Shown here one piece after another: positions 35,001 to 50,000 of a DNA stretch of 64,000 nucleotides. Position numbers and translations under genes: made by a program. The notes beneath the pieces are model-generated. The model was not told the origin of the DNA. It did not search any database and worked only from the letters and a program-made list of their open reading frames with translations. This DNA comes from Veleropilina oligotropha (Eukaryota). Within the stretch, counting starts at the first letter, position 1. Every line of letters starts with the position of its first letter. Location: NCBI GenBank assembly GCA_048128005.1, contig JBEUKZ010000032.1:372001-436000 (forward strand), written 5' to 3'.

Positions 35001-38000
35001 TATAGACATATTCGCGTTAATTTAATTATAGAATGTGCTGTGCATTATGGGTCATTTTAAAAATGGCCGCCATATAAAAATGACGAATAACAGATAAGCA
35101 CCAAGGATCATGGGGGGGAAGCAGCCTATGGATTATTGCATTGACCGTTTTATCTGTATTCAACATAATGGTCAAGAACTCTGATATCATCTTTGGTATC
35201 GATACCAGCACGTACTACTTTTATTTGGGCCGCTTCGGCAGCGCAGTGGGTAAGAGAGTCCACTCTAAATTCACTGGCTTGATTCCGCTAATGCAGTGGT
35301 GGGTTCAATACCTGGCTGAGGCATTGACATTTGTTCAAGTTATGAATCACAGTTGTCTGCGACTGGCCGAAGAGGGCGGGTTTACCCGGGCGACCGGGGT
35401 TTCCTCCCGCGATAACACAGACATGTCCTGCCTTGAACCTCGATGTTGTAGATATACAGGACATTAAGCATCATTCCTCCCTCCCTATATATGTATATAT
35501 ATTTATTTATTTATTTATTTAATGTGCATGTATGTGATTAATTATTGTGATAATAATTTGATATAAATTAAGTAAATTTTTAGTGTTTCCTCAACATTTT
35601 AATAAGGAAATTATTTAGACATACCAGAAATTAAATTTTCGCATAAATCTATATTTACTGTTTGCCTTTTTAATAAACCCCATTGTCAAATAAATTAGCC
35701 CGACAAACGTTATTCTTGAATTGAGAGATGTTGTTGCAGTTCGGATCATTGTTCTCATTAATTGCAATAAAGTTATTTGCGGTCGTCGGATAATCATTAA
35801 TGGCCCGGCTTCCGCACATTATGAATCCATATGAATCCATAGCCACAATTGTACCATTAACGCGAATAAGTATTTTGTAATTGTATGCGCACACATGCCG
35901 TATTTATTACCAATTTATAAGTACAACTACCTTTGTGTGTTGCGCGGTGTTATCCAAACGCCATGTGACATTAAAATGTCATAACATTCGTAAACTGCTA
36001 TACATGGATTAAAACGAAAACGAGACCACTATGTTTTTGCATTTAATTTCTTTGAAACCGTTGAACCAGGTTTAAGAGATCTTTTAAAAGAACGCGAAAC
36101 GTCATTTACTTTCCGCGTCATTTCCGTTTTAGCGGCATTAGCACGTTGCTTATTTTGGTGCTTACATGCTGTTTTACATTTATTACAACATTTAAATGCC
36201 ATTTATTATTAAGAATAAATGATATTCTTAAACTGAAATACTTGTACAGTATTTGGAACAGTAATTGCGTATCAACAAAGTGTACTGCGAAATGGCCATT
36301 AAGTAGCTTGGGCCATTAAATAAACATCATCGATGAGGGGAAGTAATTAAGCCAATTTAAGGTAAATCATTCTTCGGGCTAATTGAAGCAATTAAGGTAA
36401 AGCATTCTTCGGGCTAATTGGATAACATCCATTGCTATCATGAACCTCTGCTTTAGACATGTTTCTGGTACAAAAATGCATGAAAACTGGAGAAATCAGG
36501 AGTTTTTTAAAAGCGTGAGAAATAAAAGCGTGAGAAATTCGACATGAGCGTGAGATTGCTTCAGCGAGCATGAGACTCACGCCCAAATCGTGAGACTTGA
36601 CGACGGTGTATATTTCCAACCATCATTTGGTTCAAAGCATGACATGTCTATATTGTCGCGGGAGGAAAGCCCAGTCGCCCGGGTAAACCCGCCCTCTCCG
36701 ACCAGTTACGGACAACTGTGATTCATAACTTGAACAATTGTGTGATGTCCCTGCCAAGGTTTGAACCCACTACTGTTCGCATCAGCGTAGTCAGTGATTT
36801 TCGGAGTCCACAACCGATACCACACGATTGTCGAAGCGACCAGATTTCATTAGGATACATGTTCATGTAATTGATGGTGACTCTATATTTTTTTTCCATT
36901 TAGTATCACATCATCAGAAAAGGTGGACAAGGAGAACAGATACTCTGAGTTCAGCATTCTCTCTCTCCCATATCCAGGTAAGATCAGGGAATCTTTATGC
37001 AATCTCTTAAATTATTAAGACTTTTGTGGAAGCTGTGCTGGCAATTTAACAAGAAGACAGTCATCTATAATCCTCACACCGATGAATGGATGGAATGATG
37101 CACAGATGGAAGGGCAGACCCACGGACAGAACTCGTTTCTATATCCTCCGACAATTATGTTGTTGCAGGGGAGGTTGTGACGATCAATAGTTCCTCTTTC
37201 CAGGCTATTAGGAGCTGCATCAGAGAAACGGATGTTAGGTTAAAAGTAATGAATCACGTTACCCATACGTTGAGATGATCTTTGAACATCTTATCATGTG
37301 ATGTAACGTCTTGGGTTTTGATAGATCTTTACCTCGTTTGTCTCCATAAATATATTACTAAGTGACAGAATCCCTGGTGCAAGATCACTCTGAGCTCTGA
37401 AAGTATACGAATGTATGACAAGCTATGTTGCTTATATTTGATCACATTTCTTTGGAGCAGACAACAAATACATTTGAAGCATATGCAAATACCTCAGCAG
37501 ATAATTTCACGCATTGATGAGAATAGTACCATTTTTAATGGCATGCATGGTGAGATATTTTCAGTAGCACCAGGGACTCCTGTTGGCAGACACGTTTATA
37601 TATTTGTGTAAAGAGACACTACTAATATCCATCAAGAGCATTGAGTGGATGGATAAATTGATTGTGGTTGCTTTCAGGTTGTGAATTTTTTCGCGACTGG
37701 CGAGATAACTGTTACACAGCTGAGGCCCTGCAATTTAATTGGGCCCAGGTAATTAATTATTCTAAGCATATTGATTTTGATTTGTTGCATGCAGTGCTCA
37801 GAAATATATGCATGCCAATTTTTCTGTTATCATTGACAAATAATTAAGCGTTCACTTGGCATGTTGCTTAAGTTTACTAACAGAACAGTAATTATTTTCT
37901 AGAGGTTATTCATATATTGTTTTTTTATATACTATATATTGATCTGAAGATCTCTTTTCTTATTTCCAATTTTGAATATATTTGCAATAGTTTGAAATCA

Positions 38001-41000
38001 GATTAGTCTCTTTCGTTATCTTTTGACCAAAATAATTGTCTTATTAAGTGTATACTCATAGAAGCTATAAATGATATAATTTACTCATATAATATTGTTG
38101 CAGTAGCCTCACTGTAAGTAACCAGCATAACGCTTCTTGTTGCAGCCCTATGTTGATGCCCATCTAGACATTCCAACCATTCCATCTTTGTCTCGTTTAG
38201 CGATAGATTGGTCCAGTTACAAGGTATTTAATAACAATAAAAGATCGCGGTAGTTAATTTTATAAGAGGGTAATACTGTATATATATATTATAGGGGATC
38301 TCACACAAGTTTCCATTTCATATGAGAATTATGAAACGAGTCAGGCATATATTATGTACTGAGCCTTGACGAGGTACATACATTTCCTGACGAGATTCAT
38401 AATTCTCATATGAAATGGAGACGAGTTTGAGATCTTCTTTATCACATGACTTTATATACCTTTAAACTTATTTTTTTACATTTTTAAACTGATTTCTTTA
38501 CGTTTTTAAACTGATTTCTGTCACTACTTTAAAATGGCCTGCCTCAGATGCATCGCGCCTTGACATCACGTGCCATGCCAAAATACATACGTACGCCAAT
38601 AAAAAATAGTTCCACATCTTTGTTTTGTCAGCAGACGACGAGTCGATGCATATGAATTATTCAATATGTTAATTAGGGTGATGCTCCATGTAATCAAATT
38701 CGTGCCAGATACGACTAGACGGCATCATTCTCGCCCTCATTTGCATAGTTATTACACGTGTGATTCATATGTAAAATGTCAAAACGGGTTCTGCTGTTTC
38801 ATAACAGGTTTGGCATGTGATAATTAAGAATATGTTTTCTTGACCTTAATATAGTGTTCATGTCATCAACACAGTTGTTTTTCTATGACTTACTAACATA
38901 AAAATGAGTACTTTAAAGCAAAACAGTTAGTACAAGCAATTTAGAAGCAATGCTCTTCCCACTGGCCACCATGTGCCCCTGTTGTGAGTAATATCCCATG
39001 TAAGACTATTAATATTAAATTTGAAAGTATGACATATTTCTTATTTTAAATACTATATCGTTATTGTGGTTCAATGGAAATTGTTATTGAGACCCCAGGA
39101 AACAACTTCATTCACTAATAATGAGTTTTTATTAAATCATATATTTTAAATTTGTTTACTCTTTTGCAATGGTTTAAGTCTGACAGTTATATTGATAATA
39201 CTCAATTTTTGTTATCGGAGAAGCCCGTGCAGTTAAGAATATCAGTACTACATGCGTCGTCGTTTAACTGTTGGTTTCTCTGATTAGGCAACCAAACCTC
39301 ATGATAATTGATATATCAAACACATATGATATCATTTCTTACGTTGTGTGTGAATTATTATTTCTTGTTCACAGTTGAGGGAATTGTTATCTTCCATTGC
39401 ATATGACATAAAGCCTTTAATTGTTTGTGATTCAAATTCACAATAATTACTCCTAAATAGCCAAAATTAACCTTTTCAAGTCATGTGTTTTGTGTGATCG
39501 ATCAAGTCAAGTCATTTTTGTTGATGATACGATATCACATTTAAAGGATCATTGATATTAGTTACAAACTACCGTTACGTATTCACAAGTGTCATAATAG
39601 TTATGCTATTGTTAAATCGGAAATAGTGGAATCGCATTGCACCATTTGTAAGAAAAGGAACACAGCACGGCACACACCTGATCCTTCCCCACCCTAGAAT
39701 CGTCAGTTTTCTGCTGTGCTAATTGCAAGTGTTATCATGCTCTAGTCTTTCGACAAATTTATATAAGTTCCCTTACATTTGGATTATATCCCAAACTTGG
39801 AATATATATCGACATCAAAAGAGCCGCTCGGAGTTTCGTCGCTCGGAGTTTCGCCGCTCGGGTGATATCAACTTCTTGTTGTTGATTTCTGTATTATCTA
39901 GTATAATATTGCTTGAATTTACAATCAATTCATATAAAAAATTATAATGGATAATCAATCACCTTAGTGACGTTTCTTGCAAGATTTTCTTATAATTATG
40001 CCACCACCAATTTATTGGGGTGGCATTTAGATTTACTCTTGTCCGTCCCGTCCGTCCGTCCGTCCCGTCCCGTCCGTCCGTCCCGTCCGTCCGTCCCGTC
40101 CCGTCCGTCCGTCCCGAAACCAGTATTTGCGTGTAAGCAACTCCAATCTGCTATAACTTCTATTTGCCTTCATGGATTGACTTGATACTTTGTACACTTG
40201 CTTATCATCATTCATGCTTCGCTTCTGCGACCCATCCATGTCGCCGTATGGCCAAGGTCAAGGTCAAATGACTTAGCTCTTAAAACCAGTATTTGCGTGT
40301 AAGCAACTCCAATCTGCTATAACTTCTATTTGCCTTCATGGATTGACTTGATACTTTGTACACTGCCCCTATGGTCAAGGCTGCCAGTGGGGGCATCCGT
40401 GTCCGATGGACACATTTCTAGTTAAAATTTACGTCGCCAAAAAGCTGATTTTTTGGGTTTAACGTGTTTCGGGTAAATCTGCTGAGACTGGGAAAAATGC
40501 TGCCTACCTAATCTTTTGAATTTAAAACCAAACAAGTAATTCAGGTGTTTTCAGGCTGGGTTTCGTAAAGAAAACCTCTATTCAGTTGCGTCTTATTTGC
40601 GACTTTTAAAAGTCGCAACCGAAGTCTCCCAATCAGGAGTTGTAAGTGTAATATTCATTGCCCTTATCCTTCTCTGCGGATAAGGTACACTTAGTAAGTT
40701 GTAGTAGTCTATTCACGCATCGCAGCTACCAGTGAATTACTCCTGCCCTCATTGCCCTATTCCGTTCTTCCGTGTAGTCAGCCATGGGCCGTTGCAGCGT
40801 ACCCGACTGTACTTCGAAGATGAACGGGTTTGATAAGCACTCGGATTGTCACATACATCGTAATTGTTCTGGAAACCATCGTTGTGCTATATGTACCCCG
40901 TGGACGGATCGTCAATGGACGCTCGTGTACCCGGAATATAAGGCGACCAGGGTGTCTTCATCTATCGAGGTTTCCCCCGGGATACAGACTGCCGGTAAGT

Positions 41001-44000
41001 ATTCTAACTCTCCTTCCTTGTCTGTTCCAGGGACGCTTGTCGGCAGTCATGAGATGGCCTTGTCTGCCGTCGGATTCCACGGAGTGAGTTCCGTGAATCA
41101 AGGGGCTGGAGTCACGGAATATTCGCCGAGAGCAGTCCGTTCCACCTCAATCGGGTCTAGTATCCGTGTCCAACAGTACCTTGCCGGCCTGCAAGATACA
41201 ACAGGCTTATTGGAAAACGACTCTGGTAGGCAGGCAATACCCTGGGTTTCCTTCAGTTTCGAAGGATATGGGTAACGCTAGACCTTCTGCGGGGAGCTGC
41301 CTGTCGCGAGACAGCCAGCAACCCAAAGAAAAAGTCTGTATAGATGCTGGGCACCCTAGTGGTTCACAAAGCACCGGACACCCGACGCAACCCATCCTGC
41401 CGACGGTAATCAATGCCGTTAGCACCTGTGTTACGCTCATGGACAACGGATCTCGCGGCAGTGATGGAGGGCCCGATGCCTCTCACACGGCCTTTGGTCG
41501 TTGCCATGCATCGAGGACGGACCGGCTGTGTTCAGCTCGGTAGAGCACGGTGCGCTGCCTGTACTACCACCGAACAGAGCGATAGACCCGATCGGATTGT
41601 GGCCGCAGTCTGTCGGGTCGCCCGCTGCAGTGAGTGTGCCTTTTGCATGATTCCCTGTAGGCGACCGCTCGGTAGGAGCCTCGAGACCCTGGTTCTCGAC
41701 CGCTCCCGCCTAGACAGCCCGTCCACCAGTCGCCACGTTGACCTCGAGCGAACCACAAGCTGTTGGTTCGATGTCCTTCATGCCCCCGGGCTTCTATATC
41801 GAGAATGTTCAGGCCATGATTGAGTTGTAGGTACTGGCTACCAACTTCTCAGCCGAACCAGCCTCATGCACCTCTGCCCATGGCGCAGAGCACGACTCCT
41901 GCTACAGCAATGGAAATTGATTCTCGTTTCGACGAGAGCGACGCCTCCAATCGCTCCGATCTCGCCGAGTCGGTCGGTACTGTAGACTCTCGGAGTCTAG
42001 CAGGCACTCAGGAGCCAACCTCCACCACCCGTGGGAGGTACGACGCTGTTGCGTCTCTTCGCGGGGTGCTGACACTGGAAGATCCGATGCCGTCGATCAC
42101 ATCCAGAGCCAAGCACAGGACGGCGGCACAGCGCTTTGCTGAGTCGGAAACTCCCCTGCTTCCCGTACTCCCACAATCCGGATTAGTCGACCGTGTCTTT
42201 GACTCGATGACTAAGTTCGTACAGGGAGGCAAAGCGTTGGAGACCTCCTCCTTGACGGAGTACCCTTCGGGTCTTCGCAAGGGGAAGTACCTCGGGTCTA
42301 ACAAGCATCGGGTACCTGGCCTGGCGACTGAACCCGCTAGGTCGACGCTAAAGGCAGCGTCGACTTCAAACCAGTCAGACTCTATTGTTCGCAAAGATTC
42401 CATGGCCCACCATGGAAACCTTTGAGAGCTCTGCGGCTTACCTCGTACAGGATTTCTTCCTAAACGGGGTGATAGCTGTCCTACAGCAGAATGGACCCGG
42501 CGCTCGTGAGACCGCCCTGTCCTTCCTGCACGAGGTTGATGCCGCCATGGAGGATGGATCAATGGAATCTGGACGAGTTCTGAGCAATGTGCTCCTACTC
42601 CGTAGGGACGCTTGCTTGGGGGGGGGACATCGATAGATGACGCCGCCAGGCGCTCATTGTGATGTCCACCTCTGTCGGGCTCTACCCTCCTTGGAGACGA
42701 ATTTGTTGACAGGAGGGCAGCCGAACTTAAGGACTGCTGGCTACCCCCCGGGGTCCACCTGCCTCTTCGATGAAGCGCTCGGAGCCATAAGCCTTCAAAG
42801 CATGCCAAACCTAGTGGCGGGCCGTCGGCCGATAATTCCACAAATTAAAGAAGGCACCTCCATCGAAGTTCCGTCAGAGCAGGACAGGGAAGCGTGCTCG
42901 GCCCTAGGGTTTCCCGCACTTACGATGAACTCAGATGCGCGCCCCCCACCGGTGGGAGCGTGTCTACTAGCGTACAGCCAGACATGGCTGGAGCTAACGG
43001 ACAGCAGCTGGGTTCACTCCGTCGTGAATGCCGGATACAAATTAGCTTTCATCTGGCATCCAATCCTAGCCGTGCAACCACCAGGACCCACTCTTCTCCT
43101 ACAGCAAGAAAAACAAGCAGTCCTAGACCAGGCAGTATGGGATTTACTCCTGAAAGGAGCCATTTACCCCATGGTGTCCAGCACACCAGGATATTACAGC
43201 CATTTCTTCCTGGTCCCGAAACCGATTGCCGTTGGAGACCGATCCTCGATCTATCGCACCTCAACCGGTATCTTCGCACAGAGTAGTTCCAGCAAGAAAC
43301 ACACGAAGATACGAGCGACCATCCGTCCGGGTGACTGGGCAGCATTTATCGACTTGACCGATGCGTACCTGCATGTTCCGATGCATTTCTCGGCTCATCA
43401 GTACCTCCAGTTTGTTCACGGGACGACGATATATCCCGATTCAGGTGTCTACCGTTTGGTCTATCGTCAGCCCCATACGTCTTCACGAGAACAGTACAGG
43501 CCCTCTGGGCCTTCCTACATTCTTTGGGGCACAGGGTACATGTGTACCTCGACGACTGGTCGATTCTCGGGGCGTCCCGAGATCAGTGCCTCCAGTCCAC
43601 GAGCTTTACCCTGTCATCGGCGAAGCGCCTGGGATTTCAAATCAACTAGATCAAATCCTGCTTCATGCCCTCGACGACGTGTATGTTCCTCGGAGTCTAC
43701 TTCGATACAGTCCGGTACACCGCAGAAACGTACAGAGAACCTACGCGCAGTTATCCAGGACACTAGATCTTCGGGATAGCCATGGTGCGACACTGTCGTA
43801 CAGCACATCGAGTCGGTAGCGCCCTTATTACCGACAGGTCGTATGGACAAATGACCGATACAGCGGGCCTTCAGAGACCGCTGGGTACAACGGACGGGAC
43901 AGTGGACGGATCACATCGATCTACAGCATTGGTTGACTCACACAACAAATTTCAATACCTCAGCCAGGTATTGAACCGACTACTGTTCGCATTAGCGGAA

Positions 44001-47000
44001 TCAAGCCAGTGAATTTAGAGTGGACACTCTGCCCACTGCGCTGCCGAAGCGGCCAGCTGCTAACGGAGCTAGGTAGGTCGAGAGGCCTCTTGTTAGAGTT
44101 AGAGGCAGTCTACTTAGTAGTTCGAATGAGGGCTATCAGTATCAGCGTGCTACGATTTCGACTATGCTTCGACAGTGTCGAGCACATGTTAAGCTATCCG
44201 ATGACCGTACTATCTCTGATTACATATGCTCTTATCAACTCGAGAGACCGACTGGGCTGGAGCGGCCGCCAGCGTGGAACATCGTACTCGTCTTAAATGC
44301 TCTGCTTCGCCCACCGTATGTGCCTTTGGGGTCGCTTCTCGCAAACATCTTACCCACAAAGTAGTCTTTCTAACCGCCATAGGGTCGGGTCGGCAGTGCT
44401 CAGAAATACATAGTATTTCGTCAGAGCCTCGAGACGTCAGGTTCCACTCCGATGGGTCGGTCATCCTTCACCCTGTGTTAGGTTTTTTAACCAAGAACCA
44501 ATGGCCGAATGAAGTCCCTCACGATGTCATTATCCCGAAATTATCATTAGTTGGACGACATGACGCGGACCTAAATTGTTGAAGTTTTATCTGGATCGGA
44601 CCCGTGAACTGCGCCGTGGCAAGCAATGTTTATTTATTTCGTACATACCAAATTTTCATCACGACATCACTAAAATTACTGTCGAGATGGATTGCTCAGA
44701 CTGTGAAGGATATTCACAACGCTTCTACTGATCAGGTCCGCACTCTAGTATCTATACGCGCCCATGAGACGCGTGCGATTGCTGCAACCCTTGCTTTTCG
44801 ACATTCCTTGAACATGGAAAGCCTGTTTAAAGCAGGTTATTGAAAAAACCGCCAATGTGTTTATAAAACACTATCTCCGTGATTATTCTACGGGCGTTGA
44901 TGGCCTTAGTAGCCTACAATGTGTCGCAACTCAGCGGACAATAGTCACTCAGAGGTCACGTGACAAGTAAGGTATTGTGCTCTAAATAGTTCATTCAATA
45001 CTTTTATTACTGTGTAATATATTTCTGGTTCTAACCATGTTGCATTGCGTACACTCTTAGTAACATTCAATGTGAAATTAATTCTTAACATATATTTAAT
45101 ATTTAGTTCGTCATAACTAGGGTGTTTGACATTTCCCACATTTGCATTGAATTAAGATTATATTACTAAATCTTAAAAGTTTTGAAGATCTTAATATTAT
45201 TGATGTTACCTACTGCTGTTCGGAACATACGATGTTTTAAACATTGCAAAAATTTAATATTAGATATCTTGAATTTTCTTTAAGTTACATGGGTACATGT
45301 AGCAGTTCGCATTTGATCATGCGAGCGCTTTATTATAATTTTATTTATTAATTTGTGCTGAATATGATTGCAGATAACCCGCCGGGTGTCGCGAGTGCTT
45401 ATCATACTTTAACACCTACAGTTACACCGTTTTTCAGACCCGGGTACTCGGAACTCCAGTAGGCTGCTTTTCTGCTCATGACATACAGACCCACCTGAGG
45501 GCTTTGCCTGGGGCTGACTGCACCTTCGCTCTTCATGTCTGCTAACCCCCTCGGGTGTTTTCCCAGTCTCATTGGTTAAAAACTATCATGAGGTAAGAGT
45601 AGGATTATACTCATTTCTACTCCGAGTGGACTCGAATCAACGCTACAAGCGGTATTCTTCGGTGACATGTAAGTTTATGATCTTGGTGCAAATATAGACT
45701 TTATTTAGTTGATATAAGAACTTGTTCCCACCAACCAAGGTTATTCTGGCACTTGTGAATACGTAACGGTAAGTTTGTAACTAATATTAAGGTTTTATAG
45801 TAAACCTAGTATTAGTTAAAACTTACCTTATGTATTCACCACGGTTCCCACCCTGCTCTTAGTATTCGCATACCTCCCCTCATTCCTTTAACTTCCTTAT
45901 CTTGATCGCTGCAAACTGAAAACTGACCATTCTAGGGCGGAGCTATAATCAGGTCTTGACGTGGGAGGTCGCGGGTCAGTGAACTTAAGGTTTTATTGAC
46001 AGGGGAAGGATGTGTGTGCCGTGCTGTGTTCCCTTTCTTACAAATGGTACAATGCGATTCCACTATTTATGTATTTAGCAATACTGTAGCATAACTTTTA
46101 TGGAACTTGTGATTACGTAGGGTAAGTTTTAACTAATACTAGGTTTACTATAAACCTTAATTTTTCAACATTTGTACTATAATACTTTTATCTTTATAAC
46201 AAGAATTATTCTTTATATGATTATTATACCCCCCACTAACGAAGTTTAGGGGGGGGGGGGCATATAGGAGTCTGTCGGTCGGTTGGTCTGTTGCAAAATC
46301 CGTTCCGCTCCATATCTCCGATACTATTTCGCCTAGGGACACGAAACTTGATGTGTGCATGCGTCATAACCCAAAGGTGTGTCGCGTACCAAACGTAGGT
46401 CACTGCGACCTACTTTTCATGATTGACTGCACTCGATCCAAAATTCCCTTCCGCTCCATATCTCCCATACTATTTGACCGAGGGACATGACAGTTGATGT
46501 GTTTATGCACCATAACCCAAATGTGTGTTGCATACCAAAAGTAGGTCACCGCGACCTATTTTTCATGCTTGGTCCGAAATTCCCTTCCGCTCCATACTAG
46601 AGAGACATGAAACTTGATGTGTGTATGCATCATAACTGAAAGGTATGTCGCGTACCGAAAGTAGGTCACTGTAACCTACTTTTCACGCTTGACCGCATTC
46701 AGTCTAAAATTCCCTTCTGCTCCATATCTCCCATACTATTTGACCGAGTGACATGAAACTTCATGTGTGTATGCAACAGCCTGTTCCTTGGTCAAATGCT
46801 TTTGTGGTGGCATATGATCACTCCTGTGATAGCTCTAGTATGTACTTTACGTAAAAAACTTTATTTATTTTTAGAACTGGGATCTTGTACGATTGACGCA
46901 GAATTATTTTAAAGTTCTGCTGCAACTAGTCAGAGAAGGTAAACAAAGGAATAAATCAGAACTCTGGCACCAGGCATAAGCTGCCATTGACCTACAACCG

Positions 47001-50000
47001 GATATTCTCACACGACTGCCTGGCCATTGGTCAAGTGATGCGTGGACAGTTTATGACACGTTGACAAATTGCTCTGAAGATGTCATCGTGATGGCCTAAG
47101 CTCACCTTACGTATAGGTTACTAACCGAGTTGGAGGTATTCGTCGATTTGAAAGACCTGCGCCCGTGCGGATCGTGACACCGAGACCGCGGAGCGGTCAA
47201 GGTGTTACCGCACGGAAGCAGGTCTTTCAAATCGATGAATACCGACTAACGAGGTTTGTAACCGACTTACACAACGACCAATTAGCTCCTTTGTTGTCAA
47301 TTTCTCTTGTGATCAGCTTGAGGCGTCTTGCACGGACGCAGGTCGGTATAGAGTGAAAAGTAGGGTGGTATGGCTATACCACCCTACTTTTGAATCGTCA
47401 TTGAAAACAAGGTGTTCACGCTGAATACCAACCTCTTTAAAACAAAAGAGCCGTTGTGTAACAACCGTTACAGACTTTGAAAGATAAAATTATATTATGC
47501 AATAAAAATTGACGTTAGCAATTGGTAGATCACAAGGTTGGCATTCTCATATTAATTATTAAAAGCTCTCTGTTTTAGGTGACAAGGGTGTTTTGGTTCA
47601 CTGTATATCTGGATGGGACCGGACACCCTTGTTTATCTCCCTTTTGAGGCTCTCTCTCTGGGCAGATGGTGCTATACACACTAGCCTGTCACCGGTGGAA
47701 ATCCTGTATCTCACGATAGGCTATGACTGGTACTGCTTTGGGTATGTATATATTTGGAATACACAGACTGTGTCAGTCATATTGCTTCAATATCATATGA
47801 ATATACATGTATGCATAACGCTCATCGATGGCCCTTCTTCTTCTTTTTTTAATCTGCTGCCGTCGCCAGTACAAATTGCTTCGTATCGCATCTTAATTTT
47901 CATTGAAAGTTTATAATATATTACTTTTAATAGCACTTATTTATCTTTTTCAGACACAACTTGTCTGACAGATTAACGAAGGGAGAGGAGGTATGTTCAG
48001 CACTGAAGTGTCTCTGAAGTTCAATTTATGATTGATAATCTTCATCCAAAGTGTAATTTTAATAACCGTCATGGCTTACTAGGTAGTCATTCATTTTTGG
48101 TTAGTCATCAATTACAATTTATGATTTCCTATATAATACGTCACTCGTGGGTACGTATTTTCGGTGGGAAAGTTTTACTAGCATACGGTGCAGCAGATAG
48201 CACTTTCGTAAATTATTAAGTAAAATTTAAGTGCATGTTCGTTATTACTATAAATACTACTTTATTACTATATGTCTTTTTGTTTCAGATTTTCTTCTTT
48301 TGTTTCTCATTTTTACGGTATATTACCACAGACGAATTCTCCATACGACCGTAAGTAATATATAGAATTTGATGGTTTCATCAGGTGTAAGACTAGTATC
48401 ATAAATATGATGCCTAGTGTGTTCAACCTGATGTTTTGGTATCTTGACTTTATGATGAATACAAAAATACTTTTTCCAAGTATTTCATGACAATCATGTC
48501 AACGTAGTGGTTTGTAATTTATTATCGATACTTTTAGAATGGAATAGCCCACTTCGACAGTACAGTGGTATCAGTTGACTCCGAAAATCACTGACTTGAT
48601 TCCGTTGACGCGAACAGTAATGAGTTCAAACCTTGGCAGGGGCAGCACACATTTGTTCAAATTATGAATCACAGTTGTCCGTAACTTGACGGAGAGGGCG
48701 GGTTTCCTCCCACGATAATACGGACATGTCCTGCTTTAAACCAAATGATGGCTGGAAATATACAAGACATTAAGCATCGATACTTTCCTTTTTAGAACGG
48801 AATACTTTTAGAACAGCCATTGCAGAAGTTACAGTTGTCCTTTAACTAAATCATATCCGATTTTATTTTTGCCATTTGACATCTGGGGGAAACATTGTCA
48901 AGTGGATATGGCGCTGGTATACTATTAAACCAAAGGTCCAGGGTTCAATTCCAGGGAATTCAGGCATTATTCCCATGATGGCTGCCTCCATTGCACACAG
49001 CCCCACTCATTTTCATCATTCAAAGTTGATTGACCTGATTTTCATCATTCAAAGTTGATTGACCTGATTTATAACTGAAATATTGTGGGGGCGGTCATTA
49101 AACATCAATTCATCATCACCATCATTTGATATCTGCATGAAGACAATATGCTTAAATGAATATTGTATGTATTTTCAGAAAGTCCAGTAGAACTGCAAGT
49201 AGGAGTGACTCTGAGAGTAATATGGATGGAGTACTTTTAGGTAAAATAGCTTCTGTATGGTAGATATTCTGTTGTAGGCAATAATTCTTCAATATGTGAT
49301 GTACAAAATTTTGAGTGTACTTCATTGAAACAAGAATATATCATAAAGTATGTGTTATTCTATGTAGTTAATTATGAACATAAGATGGAGTTCTAGTAAT
49401 GCATATTGATTTCAGACACTGATGCTTGCCGTCTCGGGGTCCGGGGAAGTAACACCAGTATTAACAGTGCCAGCAGCAGCAGCGTAGACAATGCTCCCAT
49501 CTACTTCAACACCGGTGCATCCGAAGACGACACCTTCAATGGGGATCCGCCAACTACGTGAGGATTATTTAACTTGGCTTAGGTTTTCATGTTTATTAAT
49601 TTCAATTTTTAATCATTTTTCCATCGTATACAATGCGATTTATATTAAAAGGTTTAAATTTGGCATTTGTAAACTTTGGAGCTGAAGAATAATAAATCAG
49701 CGGATGTCGACTTACAGCTACATGTACAGTGGAGCTGATGTTTTATTTTTGCTGGAAGTAAACATTGTGCGCTTTTTCGGTACTTCCCCACAGCTCGGGC
49801 TTTTACTCAACTTTGTAAATCCAGTTTTTCATCTCCTTGACATCGAATGCTACCAGTACATTTTCATTCATATTATGAATAAAAACAATATTCAAGTCTA
49901 TATTTTCAACGATTAGCGAACCCTGCTTACCTAACCCTAATTAAATTCTATATTTTCAACGATTAGCGAACCCTGCTTACCTAACCCTAATGCCATACAG

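Larger units (their letters stand above)
31680..35100. repeat. AT-rich tandem repeat (~180-195-bp unit), interrupted by two DNA transposons
   Basis: Recurring TATGCATTATGGG..ATTTTCAAAATGG.CGCC at ~31697, 33285, 33460, 33640, 33822, 34018/34866 and 35040. Confidence 0.8.
39555..46161 (+). mobile_element. Degenerate DIRS1-type retrotransposon, a related but distinct family
   Basis: ITRs (~39555-39690 vs ~46000-46135) and an ICR at ~45750-45840. Frameshifted gag (from 40784), RT (~42930-43945) and YR (~44130-44880) are homologous to the intact DIRS. Contains internal deletions plus SINE and HINE insertions. Confidence 0.9.

Noticed and set aside
47742..47916. Tail of the ORF-track protein 47593-47916
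   Set aside because: Only 47579-47741 is exonic; the rest is intron read-through past a GT donor.
49930..49991. Telomere-like CTAACCCTAA motifs
   Set aside because: Only two isolated copies inside a MITE duplication; not a telomeric array.
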